Part shown: positions 1-12,900 of the stretch, in pieces
How positions within the stretch are numbered: position 1 is the first letter of the stretch
How the letters are laid out: every line of letters starts with the position of its first letter
NCBI GenBank assembly: GCA_964019335.1
Contig: OZ025711.1
Span: forward strand, 310,001 to 374,000
Origin: Diplonema japonicum
Lineage: Eukaryota > Protista > Euglenozoa: Diplonemea
Reading direction: 5' to 3'
DNA: 64,000 bases
Notes under the pieces: generated by a model
Seen by the model: the letters and a program-made list of their open reading frames with translations, nothing else
What the model was told of the DNA's origin: nothing
Databases searched by the model: none
Position numbers and translations under genes: made by a program

Positions 1-248
1 AACAAATTAAGAAGGTGCCTTTTGTTGGGTTACTTACGACCCTTTTGTGGCGTGAAGGAAAAGGAAAGAAAAAAGAAGAAGAAGAGAAGGGGAAACATCG
101 AGAAGAGAGAGAGAGAGAGAGAAAGAGAAAGAGGGAAAGAGAAAGAGTTTTTTTTTTTCTTTTTTCTTTCATTCATTCTTTCCCTCTTTTTTCTTTTTTT
201 CTTTTTTTTCTTTTTCTGTTTTTGGTTTACAGAACTTCCTCAATATGA

Positions 249-3200
249 TCACTGGCACGGGGCGTTGGGAGGGAAGAGGCTCTTGCAGTGGAAGCGAGTG
301 TCCTCGACATGCAACTTGCGCCCTGCAGAGATGACCTGCCCGTAGATGCGCGACTTCTCGATCTCGAGCCTGACGCCCTCATCCTGCGTCACAAGGGTCC
401 CGTGCAGGGTCACGTTCTTCATAAGCATGTTGGTGTCGTGGTGGCCCTTCCAGTAGGAGCTCCAGTGCCAGTCGTTGTGGTCGTTGTCCTCGTGGTGGTG
501 GTGGTGGTGGTTGTGGTGCCAACCCCACCAGTGGTGGATGTACTTGCACTCCCTCTCCCTCTGTCGGTCGTCGTGGCTCTCGCAAACCTGCTTCATGTTG
601 TAGACAGTGAAGGGTGCTCCGAGGGACCTCCCCTCGAACACGGTGTCCCTCAGGGTGTCCAGCCTGTGGTCCAGATGCCCGTACTCGATGTTCAGGATGA
701 CCCAACCAGAGGCCCTCACAGTCATCGTGGGCTTCGGGTCCGTGACCCACTCGCCCTCGTCGTCGTCGTCGTTGCTGCTGCTGCCGCTGTCGTCGCCACC
801 GTTGTTCCTGTTGGGCGGCTGGTGGTGGTGGACGCGCCTTGGGTGCGGCGTGGGGATGAGCCATTCGTTCCCGGCGACCGCGAAAACGTTGTACAGGTCG
901 CCGTCCCCCTCCAGCTGCATGTTGTTCCCGTTGTCGACAACGACGCTCGTCGTGGTGTCCGGCGTCAGCAACTCCACCTCGCAGCGGGACTGGTTCTGGT
1001 CGGGGCAGCTGATCTTCATGGCACCCGTGCGGAGGGGCGGAAGGCTCAGGAGCGCCTCAGAGAAATCGGTGATGTTGTCGGTGGCGCTTCCTGCCCTGAG
1101 CTCCGGGACAGGTGCGTCGCAGTGGTCCGCAAGCGGCTCAACGCTGCCAGCGACAACCCTGTTCGCGACACTCCTCTTCAAGACGACGTCCTCGACGGAG
1201 CCGACCTCCCCGACGGTCGTGTTCTCCAGGTGCACCTCCCCGACGGAGAAGGCCTGGAACTGCGTCGCGTTCCCGATCTCTCCGATCCCGCCCTGCGAGC
1301 GGGGGTGCTGCACGCGCACCACCTGCTCCCAGGTCGCCGTCGTCTCGCAGTGGTCCCGCGTGGTCCACCTCCTCGTCACAGCGGCGAGCCCCTCGCTGCA
1401 GCTCTGTGCGTCGCTGTGGAAGTCGAAGGCAACGTCCGCGTACTCCAGCTTCACCGGGTAGGACACGAGGTTCAGGGCCGCCATGTCCGGGTGGGTCGCG
1501 ATGTCCTCCACGAGGGGCACCCCTGTCGCAGAGGGCCCGTAGTCAGACAAGAAGTGCACGAACTGGTCCTCCGCGGGGGTTTGGATGAACTGCGGGGGGA
1601 ACAGGTCCTCGACTGTGATGTTTTGCACCCGCGTCTCCGTAAGGGAGTCCGGGTAGGCGGCGTCGAAGCCCTCGCCGCAATCCGCGTAGTGCGGCTGCAC
1701 CTTCCATGTCCTCTCGATCACCCACACCCCGCACGACACGAGCACGGGCTCTGCGTCCTTGAAATCGATGCTGAAGGGCGTCCCGCAGTAGGCCTCCCCG
1801 GTCGGTGTCCCCAGCCCGCTCGAGGGCGCGAGGGAGTGCGTGGTGTTGATCGTCGCGTCCTCCGGGAAGGTCACGAACCGCGGCTTCACCGAGTGNNNNN
1901 NNNNNNNNNNNNNNNNNNNNNNNNNNNNNNNNNNNNNNNNNNNNNNNNNNNNNNNNNNNNNNNNNNNNNNNNNNNNNNNNNNNNNNNNNNNNNNNNNNNN
2001 NNNNNNNNNNNNNNNNNNNNNNNNNNNNNNNNNNNNNNNNNNNNNNNNNNNNNNNNNNNNNNNNNNNNNNNNNNNNNNNNNNNNNNNNNNNNNNNCGGTG
2101 GGGAGCGGGGACTTCAGGTCCCACTCCGCCCCGAGCGTGACGTCCCCGATGTGGAGGAAGGGGAGCGCCAGGGCGCGGTACCACCACCCGTCCATGGTGA
2201 GGGTCCCGCGCACAAGCTGCGCCGTCGGGCTCACCACCAGCGACAGGTCCCCGATGAGGTACAGGAAGTAGCGGTTCGCGTACGGCTCCGAGCAGCGCTC
2301 CACGCAGATCTTCAGCGGGATGTTCACCCCGAGGCTCTGCGTCGGGACCCCCCCGAACACGTGCTCGAACTGGATGTAGATGCTCATCCCGAGGGTCCCC
2401 GCCGTGTTCACGACCGCGAAGTTGCTCTCCGACGTGTCCGGGTCCGTCCCCACACGCAGCTCCAGTACAGCTGACCCGGTGAACTGCAGCTCCGCACTTG
2501 CCGACACCCGGAAGCTCCCCGCGACGTCCGCGATCACCTCCAGGAAGTCTCCTTGCATCACATCCGGGAGCTTCGGCGACCCAATCGCGTACAGCTTCAC
2601 CCCCGTCGTCGTCGCCGCGAGGGCGAGCTTCGTGTCCTGGATCCCGAAGGACAGCACGGGCGACAGGATCGAGTCCAGGGCGTTCGCCACGTCCCTGTCG
2701 AAGTTGCTCGTCACCAAATAGGCAACGTTCGCCATCGTGATCTGGTCCACCCACACACCTGCCTCCACCCCGTTGCAGGTCGCAGGCTGCCCGATCCTCC
2801 CCACCCCTGAGATCGACGTCGTCGGGGTCGGGTTGCTGCACGCACCGAGGCAGAAGGGCATCGAGATCTCACCCTCTTGCACAACCGGCTTCAAGAGCTT
2901 CAGGAAGTTGTTGAAGTCCGTCGTCGCGTCCAGGAGCTCCCTGGTGCTGCTGCCGCGGACGCTGGATGCCGGGGCGCTCGTGTCCGGGGCGTTGGTGTCC
3001 GGAGCGTTGGTGGCCGGGGGGTTCGTAGGGGGAGCGTTGGTTGGGGGTGCGTTGGTTGCAGGAGCGTCCGTGGGAGGGGCAGCGGAAGGCACAGCGGTAG
3101 GGGGCGGCCCAGGCGGGCTCTTGGTGTTCACGGGGCAGGTCGACGGGTCGTAGACCAAGCTTTCCCCCTTCACGATGGAGTCCGCCAGCGTTGCCGCCAT

Positions 3201-4778
3201 CCCGAAGTTGAACCCGATCCCAGACCACTTGTTCCCCGCCGCGTCCGTGATGGTAGCCGCCTTCTGCTCCTTCCAACCAGTTATCAAGTCTTTCAGCGAT
3301 GTCTGAACCAAACCCTTCAGCCCGTCGATGGCCCCGCTGATCTTTCCAATCACATCCGCGGTCGTAAGGTCCTTGGGGATCTCCACCGATTTCACCGTCA
3401 GCCCGAAACCCCCGAACTTCACATCGCCCCACCAAGTGTCTCTGTCCACCTTCTCGAAACACCTCCAATGCGGGTGCGTCAACACGATCGTCACCCCCTC
3501 GATACCGGTCGCCGCCTGCACGATGTTCGGCATGTCCATCCCGACAGTGAAGGCGAAACCGCTGTAAGCCCCGGCGTTCGCGAACCAGTCCACCGAGAGC
3601 GCCACCTCGAACTGCGTGTGGGCGAACCACCCCTTCTTCTCCGTTGGCGCTGCCGCAAGCTCCTTCGCTTCCCTCCTCTTCCCCTGGAGCGACCTCCTGT
3701 TTTTGTTCGTCGTCTCGGGCACACACATCCCGCTCGTCCCGCAGACCTCGTCCAGCCCACAGTCGTTGTCGGATGCGCATTCAGGCGCGCAGTTCCCGTT
3801 CAGGCACCTCTCGTCCAGCCCGCAGTCGTTGTCGGAGGTACACGGGTCACCGGTGGGGACCGGGGTAGGGACAGGTGTGGGAACAGGAGTAGGGACGGGA
3901 GTAGGAACAGGTGTTGGAACAGGTGTTGGAACAGGTGTTGGAACAGGTGTTGGAACAGGTGTTGGAACAGGTGTTGGAACAGGTGTTGGAACAGGTGTTG
4001 GAACAGGGGTAGGAACAGGGGTGGGAACCGGTGTGGGGATAGGAGTTGGCACCACTGGTGCAGGGGTCCATTCCCAATTCACCCCGACACCCCACCCAAG
4101 ACCAACTCCCCCGAAGAGGTGGCTGTACCAGTCGGCGCTCGGGGCAGTGTCCACCCCAGTGCTCGCCGCGATCCCTGCCGAGGGGGTGAACGAGAAGCTC
4201 CCCTTCCTCAAGCGCGTGTAGGAGACGCTGAAGCCAACTGTCACCGTGAAGAGCGGGCATTGAAACGCTGTCTGGTCGCAGTTCCTGCTGAGGACCGCAC
4301 CACGGCGCCCGCTCCTCTGCAGGTGGTTCTCCCGCGCTTCGAGGATGAGGGCCTTCCTGCTGGCCGAGGCGACCGAAGCGTTGCACTGCCCTGCGAAGGC
4401 ATTGACGTACGGCATCAGCGTGCTCCCGAGGTTCGAGAGCTCTTCCGTGTAGGACGTCATGTCGTTTCCTTCGAAGAAGGCGATCATCTCGTCCGCACCG
4501 GCCATCGCCGTATCCTTCAGGTTGTTCAGCTGCTCCAGGTTCTCCACCATCGCCTCCACCTCGTCCTTCACCCCGAGGGCCTCCACCAGCTGCTTCCCCG
4601 TGTTCGTGAGGGCATCCGCCACCCCCCCTCTGTAGGCGTCTACCGTGTCCGCCAGCGACGACGCCAACGAGAACACCGTCAGAGGCTCCGAGGTCGTCGT
4701 CGTAGTCGGTGCAGTGTCCTGCGCCCCCGCCAGAAGCACCGTTGCCCCTAGCGCCAACAACGTGGCCAGCCTAACCAT
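249..4778 (-). CDS. Large secreted/surface modular protein: signal peptide, PVPT linker, Cys-rich repeats, two HYR-like repeats and a C-terminal choice-of-anchor-A-like domain with His-rich inserts; spans an assembly gap
   Basis: ATG at 4778 follows an A tract and starts the signal peptide [21 protein letters not shown]. Contains [16 protein letters not shown] repeats, HYR-like segments ([12 protein letters not shown]...CG...IERTWKV and PQFIQTP...[10 protein letters not shown]) and a C-terminal YNVFAV...VILNI...HGTLV...YGQVIS pattern. Reading frame across the N gap is unverified. Confidence 0.75.
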   Translation of the reverse strand: MVRLATLLALGATVLLAGAQDTAPTTTTTSEPLTVFSLASSLADTVDAYRGGVADALTNTGKQLVEALGVKDEVEAMVENLEQLNNLKDTAMAGADEMIAFFEGNDMTSYTEELSNLGSTLMPYVNAFAGQCNASVASASRKALILEARENHLQRSGRRGAVLSRNCDQTAFQCPLFTVTVGFSVSYTRLRKGSFSFTPSAGIAASTGVDTAPSADWYSHLFGGVGLGWGVGVNWEWTPAPVVPTPIPTPVPTPVPTPVPTPVPTPVPTPVPTPVPTPVPTPVPTPVPTPVPTPVPTPVPTPVPTPVPTGDPCTSDNDCGLDERCLNGNCAPECASDNDCGLDEVCGTSGMCVPETTNKNRRSLQGKRREAKELAAAPTEKKGWFAHTQFEVALSVDWFANAGAYSGFAFTVGMDMPNIVQAATGIEGVTIVLTHPHWRCFEKVDRDTWWGDVKFGGFGLTVKSVEIPKDLTTADVIGKISGAIDGLKGLVQTSLKDLITGWKEQKAATITDAAGNKWSGIGFNFGMAATLADSIVKGESLVYDPSTCPVNTKSPPGPPPTAVPSAAPPTDAPATNAPPTNAPPTNPPATNAPDTNAPDTSAPASSVRGSSTRELLDATTDFNNFLKLLKPVVQEGEISMPFCLGACSNPTPTTSISGVGRIGQPATCNGVEAGVWVDQITMANVAYLVTSNFDRDVANALDSILSPVLSFGIQDTKLALAATTTGVKLYAIGSPKLPDVMQGDFLEVIADVAGSFRVSASAELQFTGSAVLELRVGTDPDTSESNFAVVNTAGTLGMSIYIQFEHVFGGVPTQSLGVNIPLKICVERCSEPYANRYFLYLIGDLSLVVSPTAQLVRGTLTMDGWWYRALALPFLHIGDVTLGAEWDLKSPLPTXXXXXXXXXXXXXXXXXXXXXXXXXXXXXXXXXXXXXXXXXXXXXXXXXXXXXXXXXXXXXXXXXXXHSVKPRFVTFPEDATINTTHSLAPSSGLGTPTGEAYCGTPFSIDFKDAEPVLVSCGVWVIERTWKVQPHYADCGEGFDAAYPDSLTETRVQNITVEDLFPPQFIQTPAEDQFVHFLSDYGPSATGVPLVEDIATHPDMAALNLVSYPVKLEYADVAFDFHSDAQSCSEGLAAVTRRWTTRDHCETTATWEQVVRVQHPRSQGGIGEIGNATQFQAFSVGEVHLENTTVGEVGSVEDVVLKRSVANRVVAGSVEPLADHCDAPVPELRAGSATDNITDFSEALLSLPPLRTGAMKISCPDQNQSRCEVELLTPDTTTSVVVDNGNNMQLEGDGDLYNVFAVAGNEWLIPTPHPRRVHHHQPPNRNNGGDDSGSSSNDDDDEGEWVTDPKPTMTVRASGWVILNIEYGHLDHRLDTLRDTVFEGRSLGAPFTVYNMKQVCESHDDRQRERECKYIHHWWGWHHNHHHHHHEDNDHNDWHWSSYWKGHHDTNMLMKNVTLHGTLVTQDEGVRLEIEKSRIYGQVISAGRKLHVEDTRFHCKSLFPPNAPCQ
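1896..2095. other. Assembly gap (200 N)
   Basis: Run of n characters. Confidence 1.
3853..4050 (-). repeat. 12-bp coding tandem repeat, about 16 PVPT units
   Basis: Eight identical GGAACAGGTGTT units at 3904-3999 with synonymous-diverged flanking units. Confidence 0.95.
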
Positions 4779-4788
4779 TTCCTTTTTG

Positions 4789-4819
<31 letters not shown>

Positions 4820-4971
4820 CTTTGAAACCTGTGTATTGATAGAGATGCAAAGCCCATGTAGACACAAACGAAATGAAAAAAGAAGAAAGAAATACCCCAT
4901 GATTGGGTGTACCGACCACGACTAAAAATTGTCTTATCGTTGTTCGCATTAAGGTCCCTCTAAGTCCTGAA

Positions 4972-6171
4972 CTAAAAGAATCGCTTCGGATCGCAGCGCC
5001 CCCCGGCACCCCCTCCCCCGCCCACCGCGTCGGCGACAAGCCTACCGCCTTCCCAAACGTCCCGTGCACCGTCCCTTTCGAACCCCGAGCTGATGTAAAC
5101 GTTGGAATGAAGATGGCCGACAACAGGGCAATGATCGGGGGTGCCTGCGGTGTAGCCAGAAGATGTGTTACCGGTCAACATGTCGGGAAGGAGAAGCGCG
5201 ATGAACCGTCGGACATTAGGAAGCTTGTCACAAGGGATATACGTAAGGGAAGGGGGGTTGAGGGACGTAGTAGTGGAGAAGCACAGCTCCCCCCCTTCCC
5301 CGGTGTATATGTGTGTGAAACGACGTTTCGGGTCAATAAGGACAACCGACTGTGGGTCCGGTCCGGCAATCCCAAGGTTTTCCTTGTTGACTTTAATCTC
5401 ATGACATGCAACAGAAAGGACAGGGGCCGCGCTTGTGAGAGTACCACAGTTCGAACCAGCACACAACACCACAGCGTCACAAGGATGTACCTCATTGTTC
5501 TGTAGGTGTACCCGATCTTCTGTGTACCCTGTCACCCTTTTGCTCAAGTACACCTTCACACCTTTCATCTCACACTCTTTGACTAATTCCTTAACAACGC
5601 TCTCATGGTTCATCACCCAACCATCTCTAGGGGGTTGTAAAGACAGACCAAGCCTGTTTGATATCCAGTGTTGTTGTTCTGCCGTTTCGTCTTCTTCCTT
5701 CAAAAGTGATATTGAGACTGGGGTGAAGGAATGACGGAGCGACGCGGGGTACCCATCTAACAGTTCCTGCAAGGGTGGCAGTGGGGTTCTTTGAGCGGGT
5801 TGAGGCGATAGCAGGTTTTTTAGAAAGGTTCCGGAGAAGTTGAGCCACCATGTTGTTGTCAACAAGGTTTTTGGATTGAGGGACCATGGGTCGTTGGAGT
5901 AGGTGGGGATGTCTTTCACTAAACAGCCTGAGAGACGGGTTCCGGACCCGCCGAGTGTTTTTGTTGCTTCTATGAGTTCTACGTTGTAGCCTTTGCACGC
6001 GAGCTGGTAGGACGCACATAGGCCGGCTACCCCTCCCCCTACCACGACTATTTTGCCACCTTGTGGGACGGCTACGTTTTGCTGGTTTTCGTGTTTTCCT
6101 AGAGACAGTCGCCCTATCAACCCCATGGAGCAGCCCACACCCGCCATTATCAGTACTCGGCGGCGGGTCAT
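4972..6171 (-). CDS. FAD-dependent oxidoreductase, D-amino acid oxidase/dehydrogenase (DAO) family
   Basis: [11 protein letters not shown]...VELIE Rossmann motif, DAVVLCAG and TPDHCPVVG...[11 protein letters not shown] at 6171 follows an A tract; the longer ORF N-terminus is intergenic homopolymer read-through. Confidence 0.85.
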   Translation of the reverse strand: MTRRRVLIMAGVGCSMGLIGRLSLGKHENQQNVAVPQGGKIVVVGGGVAGLCASYQLACKGYNVELIEATKTLGGSGTRLSGCLVKDIPTYSNDPWSLNPKTLLTTTWWLNFSGTFLKNLLSPQPAQRTPLPPLQELLDGYPASLRHSFTPVSISLLKEEDETAEQQHWISNRLGLSLQPPRDGWVMNHESVVKELVKECEMKGVKVYLSKRVTGYTEDRVHLQNNEVHPCDAVVLCAGSNCGTLTSAAPVLSVACHEIKVNKENLGIAGPDPQSVVLIDPKRRFTHIYTGEGGELCFSTTTSLNPPSLTYIPCDKLPNVRRFIALLLPDMLTGNTSSGYTAGTPDHCPVVGHLHSNVYISSGFERDGARDVWEGGRLVADAVGGGGGAGGRCDPKRFF

Positions 6172-9138
6172 TTTTTTTTTCTTTTTTTTTTTTTTCCCCC
6201 TTTTAAAACGTGGAATGGTGGTAAAAAATAAAAAATATTGGAGTTTTTTTTTTTTTTTTTTTTTTCTTTTGCGCGCGCTTTTTTTTTTTTTTTTAAAATA
6301 GAGCCCGATGTCGTTGTATTTGTTAATAAATTGCCCTATTTTTCTTTTTTTTTTTTTTCTTGATAACAGGGAAGGGGATAAATGTGAAAGTTTTCTCCTT
6401 TTCTTTTTTTTGCAATTTATTTCCCCCCGCGAGGGTGGAAAAAAAAAAAAAAAGAAAGAAAAAAACAAAGAGGGAGGAAAAAAGTGAGAGAGGTAGAGGA
6501 AGAAGTCAGGGAAAAAGGGATAAATAAAAAAAAGAAGGGGGGGTCGCAAGATCATATAGGTATAGGTGAATATTTGGATAGGGGGTACAAATATAAAAAA
6601 AAATGAAACAGAGAATGTCAACTTGTGCCGTGTCAATGTTGCGCCTCGCTGTCCTGCAGTTCCTCGTCACCCTTAACTCTCCTTCTTTATTCTTTCTTTC
6701 TCCCCTCTTTTCATTATGTTCCCCCCTTTCCTTTTCTTGCAAGGACGGAGCACAAAGATACAGAGGCAGAGTCAAGCGGATATTCGCGATTCTGTATGTA
6801 ATCCTCAGCTGCCCAAGACTAGAAAAAAAAAGAGGAGACCGAAAATAAGGGAGAAAAGACAAGAAAAAAGAAAGAAAGAGAAAAAAAGACTCTGAAAAAA
6901 AGCAGGATAAAAAGAAGAAGAAAAAATCTCAACAGGTAGCAACACTGCAACACAACCCAAGCAACAACCTTTTGTTCCATTTCACTTTTCTTTTTTTTTT
7001 TTTGCGTGCTTCCAATTATTTTTTTTTGACCATAGTGCTAAGTATAAAATTATATAAAAAATATATATAAAAAAATAAAATATATAAACCGGTAAAAAAA
7101 AAAAAAAAAAATAGATGGGGATGTTGTTTTTTCTTAAGAAACTGTGAAAAAAATAAAAAGGGGGGGGGGAAGGGAGGGGTATTTTTTTTTTCTAGATTAA
7201 AAAAAAAGAAAAAAAAATTGTGTGTTGTAAAAATAAGAAAAAATACATTTTTTTTTTAATAAGGGGGAGAAACAAATGGGGGGGGGGAAAGGAAATAGAC
7301 AATTGCCCTTGCAGAACCTTGTTTTCGGTCTATGAAACCGCCGCTTGGCATTTTTTATTTGGTACTTTTTTTTTCCCCTCCCCTCCTCCCTAATTCTTCA
7401 ATTTGTAAATAGAAGACCACACAAAAGTTTTTAACTGGAAAAAAAAAATAGAAAATAACAGAACGAGAGTAAAAAAAAAAAAAAAACGGTGTTTCGGGGA
7501 AGGATAAAAAGATTGAATTTAAAAAAAGAAAAAAAAATTCCCGGGACATCAGCTTTAAAGGAAGAGAGAAAAAGAAAAAAGGAAAAAAAGAAAAACGGAA
7601 AAAAAAAAAAGGAACTAAGCACCGGGTATTTCCAAGGTCAAACAAGCCTAAACAGCTCTTAAACTGATGCTAGAAAAAAAGGACGGGAAAAGACACAGAA
7701 GAAGTAACCTAAGGGAGGGGAAAATAAAAGGGTTGGAAAAGGAGAAAAAAAATTTTTTTTTATTTTGTTTTCTTTCCCTACTTTTTTTTTTTTTTTTTTC
7801 CTTTCCCATATTTTCACTCTCCCTCGAGCTTCCTCTCTGTACCTCTCTCATTCTTTTTTTTTTGAGGGTGCCAACCAAGAAACGAGTTAAATAAATTAAA
7901 TAAAGGTGACGGAAGAAAAAAAGAGAAACAGGTGGAAATCCTCAAGCGCCGCGGGGCTCTATCCCTCCTGCCCTTCTTTCTTCATCACCCCTCTACCCAG
8001 TTAGGCAAACTAACAGGCCCCTTTGAGACTTTGCCTTGTGTGCAAAAGGTCTGCCATTCACTTCTTACGAGATTTAATATCTTCCACACCCCTTATTTTT
8101 TTTTTTTTCATTTTTTCCCCTCCTTATCCCCTATTTTTTTTTTTTTTTTTTTTTACCTTTCATGATTAGTGTAGCCACCTGCAAAACCCCATCATTGGGA
8201 GAGGGGTATATTAATCACTGCGGGAAAAAAGTAGGGGCGGAAGGAAAAAAAAAAAAAGAAAAAAAAAATGGGGGTGGAGAAGAAAAAAAAAAAAAAAAAA
8301 AAAAAACTCAGGGTGAATGCTGCCGCAGGCAGCGGCATGAGAAGCAGATCTAAGTGAACAAATTTCTTTTTCTTTTTTTTTTTTTTTTTGAAAATTTCAA
8401 CCCCGCGTGATGTCAGGCTTTGAATGGGGGGGGGGGGGAATTTAAAATAAAAAAAGAAAGAAAAAGAAACTAGCCACGATTGCCGCTTCGTGCCGCAAAA
8501 TGCCCGTAATGTACCTCTGTGTTCCTTTATGTATTTTTTTTCTTTTAGAAATAAAGAAAAAAAAAGAATTTCTTTTTTTAAAAAATCGAATAGAGAATGG
8601 GAGGGGAAAAAAAAAAAAGAAAGAAAGAAAGAAAGACAAATGGAGAAACATTCCAATGTGTCAATCGTCTGAAAGTAATATTTCTCTATTCCTTAAAATT
8701 GCGGTTTTTTATTTTTTTTTTGTTTTTTTTTTTTTTAAATTGCAGTGCAGCCGTTCCCTTGTCAATATCTGGGTAGGTAGAAAAACTTTGTATGCAAAAA
8801 AAAAAAAAAAAAAAGGAGGGGGAAAAGGGAAGAGAGTAAAGGGGAAATAATAACAAAAGAAAAATATGAAAGTTTTTTCTTTTTTTTTTTTTAATTTTTT
8901 GTTTTTCGTTCTTCTTGTTTTTTTTTTTTTATTCTTTTTTTTTTTTTTCTTTTGGAAAAAACTCCTTTTTTTTTCATTACGAAAACGACAAGATGATGAT
9001 TACATTTTTTTTATATAAAAAGAAAAGTGAAAAAAAAGTAAGAAAAAGGGAGAAAGAGAAAAATAAAATTTCGAAGTTAGAAATAAAAAAAAAAAAAACG
9101 TGTGCACTTTTTTTTTTTCTTTTTTTTTTCTCCCTTAC

Positions 9139-9708
9139 TCATTGGCTGTCGGACGACTGCTCCTCAATCTCATCACTCGCTTCCTCGGCCTCTTCGAGCA
9201 GCTGGGCTTGCTTCTTGCCACGGCCCCCACGGCCCCTTCTGCCCCTGCGGCGACGCTTCTTGAAGATGGGGTCAGGAAGCATTCCCTCTGGGCAAGCTCC
9301 GTTCCACTGCTGAAGGTGGGCCCAAGGGGGGATCTGGAACATGGTGTTCCAGTCACCGGGCTGTACTGGCATAGGGGGGGGAGTAACGCATGCAGCACAC
9401 TGGCAGGGCATGCGAATGGGCTCCGCCCACACAGGGGTGGGGGGAGTCCAGTCCCCAAGAGGTATGTTGCTGTAAGGAGACCACTCCCCCTTTGACTGAG
9501 GAGGTGGTGCTCGGGTCTGCACAGGAGGCACGCGCACAGCCTGCACGCCCTGAGTCACTTCCTCCTCTGCGGTCATAGGAAGCATCTCATCCTCAATGAT
9601 GACAAGAGCAGTCCTCGACCGCCCTCTGCGCATCACAGCAGGCGACGACGCGGACCGACCGCCCCTCACTGCCCCCCTCCCACGACCTTGTTCCATGGTA
9701 ACAGGCAT
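9139..9708 (-). CDS. Hypothetical 189-aa protein with RG-rich/basic ends, Pro/Trp-rich middle and acidic tail
   Basis: GC-rich, homopolymer-free ORF between A/T-tract flanks; ATG preceded by an A-rich leader like neighbouring genes. Confidence 0.65.
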   Translation of the reverse strand: MPVTMEQGRGRGAVRGGRSASSPAVMRRGRSRTALVIIEDEMLPMTAEEEVTQGVQAVRVPPVQTRAPPPQSKGEWSPYSNIPLGDWTPPTPVWAEPIRMPCQCAACVTPPPMPVQPGDWNTMFQIPPWAHLQQWNGACPEGMLPDPIFKKRRRRGRRGRGGRGKKQAQLLEEAEEASDEIEEQSSDSQ

Positions 9709-9967
9709 CTTACTATTGTATTTTTTTTTTTTTTTCTTGTCGAAAATCTGTGTGAAAAATATATTTCTTTTTTTTTTTGGAAAAACTATTTAAAATATAC
9801 TGAACCACATGTAACATGACATACCCCCCCTCCCTTCTTTGTAAAAAGAAGGGGAGGAAGGGGGGGGGGGGGGGGGGGGGGTTGTCTTTAACTCTAGGAA
9901 ATAACATAAAAAAACATAAAGAGAAGAAGAAAAAAAGTGTTAGCAACCGACTTTACTTGATCACGGA

Positions 9968-12900
9968 TCACGCGTTGACATCGGGCCACGTGCAGGTCTG
10001 TTGGTATTCTTTTTTTTTGTCCCCTTTTTTTTTTTACACCCCCCTCCCCCTCCCCCTACCTGGAAAGCGAAGTTGAGAATAGTAAAAACAAAGGATCCAG
10101 TGTTGGCCTTGCCCCACCACACTTCGACGGAGATGACTGCAGTGGAGGGTGCCCACCGCCGCTGGACAGAGAAGAAGCCCAACTTGTCACCGCGCTCCTC
10201 ACCGATGATGTTGAGGCCTGAGAAGCTGTGTTGGTGTGTTAATTATTGTTCCCTGTCCAGATGTCATCTACATACTACTCGCACCCTGCGGAATAGATGA
10301 TCTCCTTGTCATCAGCGCCTGCTGCAGACGCCACAGCTATCACCAGACCACAGTCGTCTGAGAGGGGCACATCCACCATGAGGGTGCCAATGTCCAGCTT
10401 GATGTGCGTGTGGTGCCCCAGGTTGTACTGCGGGGAAGTCAGCTTGGATCCGAAGTGCTTCCATCTCAGTGCTGTCGATGTGAACCTTTTGTAGTTGTCG
10501 TACTTCCACCTGCTGCGGACCTCCTCCTCGCTGTCATACTGCGACAGGTCTTCAAAAGCTATCTCCGTGCACCCCACTTTGATAGGCTCGTTGCACCCGG
10601 GACCTGTCCACCCGAACTTGCACGTTTCGCACCCTTCTCCATAGAAATTCCCGAAGCACTCACACCCCCTTGGCGAGCACCGTCCTCGCCCGTTGCAAGG
10701 CACTGGTTGTACAGTTGCTGTTTGGATCCCAGCAGTGAGCCGTGTCCCGTCCCTCACAGGCGAGGACCAGATCTCTCCTTTGCATTTCAGACCTTCCGTG
10801 CGCTCTTCAAACCCCACCACAGCCACCGCGTCTATCATGGACCTCCCGTTGGCTGTCGGGGCAAAGGTGATCCGGATGTTCTTCGACTTGTACCCCGTGT
10901 GGCCCATGTCCAGCGTCAGCTCCCTGTACCTCTTCGGTTCCACGAAGTTAGGGTACGGCCTCTCCCAGATTGTGGTGTAGTTATTCTTGTTCGCATTCAA
11001 GGACGCCCCTTGCGGGAGGTCTTCGCACCTTATGTTTGTCGGTGTGGGCTTTGTCTCGTCCTTGCGTAGCATGGGCCTGTCGCTGGGCAGTGTGGGGCCC
11101 ATGTCTTTGAACGTGAAGGGTAAAGGCGGAGACGCGTCCCCGTATGTACCTGCCTCTGCGCCCGTTACGGGCTCGTTGGTGATCTCTGTGTCGCCTGTCA
11201 GTGGAAGGGTTTCCCACACACACTTCCCTGCACGGTCGCCTGTGCTCCCTGGTGTGGCACCCTCGTCGTTGTACAAACACGTCCCTTCCGTCTTCTGCAT
11301 CATGCACAGTGCCGTCCAATCCAAGCTGCCCCCCTGCACTGCAGGGTCCGCCACGAACAGTGGGTTCTTCGAACATACCTGCGAGCATGCTACGGGATCG
11401 AGACACATACCTTCAACAAAGAGTCACCGCTCTGCAGCACTTTCATCACGTGGTGGTGCTTGTGGGTCTCCTCCAAGTGCTGCAGCCCCCTTGCCCACCT
11501 CTCGTGCAGTGCCAGCAAGCTGTCTGATAGGTCATCAAAGTCATGGTCCTGTGATGTTACACTCAAACACCCTACTAGCCATACCGGCACCCACCAGTGT
11601 GGGTTGTCGTCCCTCGCATTCTGCAGGGTCCTGCTTGTTCTTCGTACTGCTGTGCTGCAGCTCGCCGACCCTCCCGTCCACAGCCCGTTGAAGCACACAG
11701 GCATCGTTCCTGTCACGTTTCCTGTGCTGCAAAGCAAGATGGGTGTCGAGCCTTGCTGCCTTTCACTGAAAGGAGGCGCTGTGGTGTAGCCATCCACCAC
11801 AGCGTTGGTGGGAGGGTTGTATGCACTGCAATTGTAAGGAACGCACAACGGGGTCCCTTCAAGCCTAGGTGTGCCGCTCTTAATACATATTGCTTGCGCA
11901 GAGGTGTCTTGCGTGTACCCTTCTGCACATGTGAGGAGCACCACCACAGTGCCGTTGTCGCTTCCGTACCGTGCCGAGATGCTGTTGGGGTACGAAGGGA
12001 GGTCAGGGCACCCAGTGGTGAAGGTAGTGGGTGCTGGCGTCAGGACAGGTGGGCTAACATATTCACACGCTGCTAAGCGGGTACAGGTGGCGGAATCCAG
12101 ATTAAATGTACATTGCGATATAGTGACAGCCCTACACCCTGTCAGCGATTTGTTCGGGATCCAGTCACAGTGCACAGCAGCGCCGCACTGCTGCCCGTTT
12201 GTGAACCTGCTGCAGTATTGTGCCCTCGTCATAGAGCTGGGAAAGGGTCCATCAGAGCATACGGCGCTGCCGGAGTCATACATGCAAGGCGACACACACA
12301 GGGAAGGCTTCCCGTTCAACAACGCACAAGACTTGGCATTCTCGACGCAGTAGTCAGCTGTGTATGCCACCCAGTTGCACTTCTGCGGAGAGCCTTCGTT
12401 GCACAGGATGTCGGGGTTCGTGGTGTCTGCAGGGTACGCTACCTTGTCATTGTACACGCTGCACGACAGCTGGTGCTTGTTGTGGTCGTAGCCCGCCACT
12501 GCATAACACCCCGGTCTCCGCCCGTCCCTGCACTCCTCCTTAGGGCCGTCCCACCAGCACAGTTCTGACAGTTCTCGCAGCATGCATGACTCTTTCCCTA
12601 TCTTGGAGCACGTGGCTTGTGTCACTTTGCATTCATTCGAAATCCAGTAGCACCCCAAGTCACTGACACACGCCGTCATCCCCTGCGACGTCAGCGCTCC
12701 ACATGACGCAGCCGGTGCAGTGCTACCTGTTTTCTTCGGCGGTGTTACTGTCGTAAGCTTGATCTCCTGTCCTGTGACGGGATCGGTTGCAGGGGCACCA
12801 CCTCCAGCGGCTGCCAAGGCTGCAGACCCTGTCAGAGCGGGTTGGCTCTCTATCTTGACTATGGAACCCGGGTAGTAGTTCTCGTGGATCACGACCGCCT

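Noticed and set aside
3853-4050. Regular repeat as a CRISPR-like array
   Set aside because: Head-to-tail 12-mer without spacers, in frame as PVPT
288-4751. Long plus-strand ORFs (728 aa, 624 aa) and other antisense ORFs over genes
   Set aside because: Shadow ORFs of GC3-rich minus-strand genes; no recognisable motifs
6172-6636. Long N-terminal ORF extensions (also 4779-5123, 21478-21762, 27475-27738, 55694-55921, 61406-61606) and many poly-Phe/poly-Lys ORFs
   Set aside because: Homopolymer-rich non-coding DNA is stop-poor; better starts are the downstream ATGs
8162-8345. Hairpins at ~8162-8218 and ~8317-8340 as SECIS or snoRNA
   Set aside because: No proper GA quartet or C/D box pair, and no upstream in-frame UGA gene
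11390-11560. Possible TGA readthrough/recoding or programmed frameshift between the two GP63 ORFs
   Set aside because: A canonical 32-nt GT-AG intron explains the frame change; TGA is a normal stop in other genes
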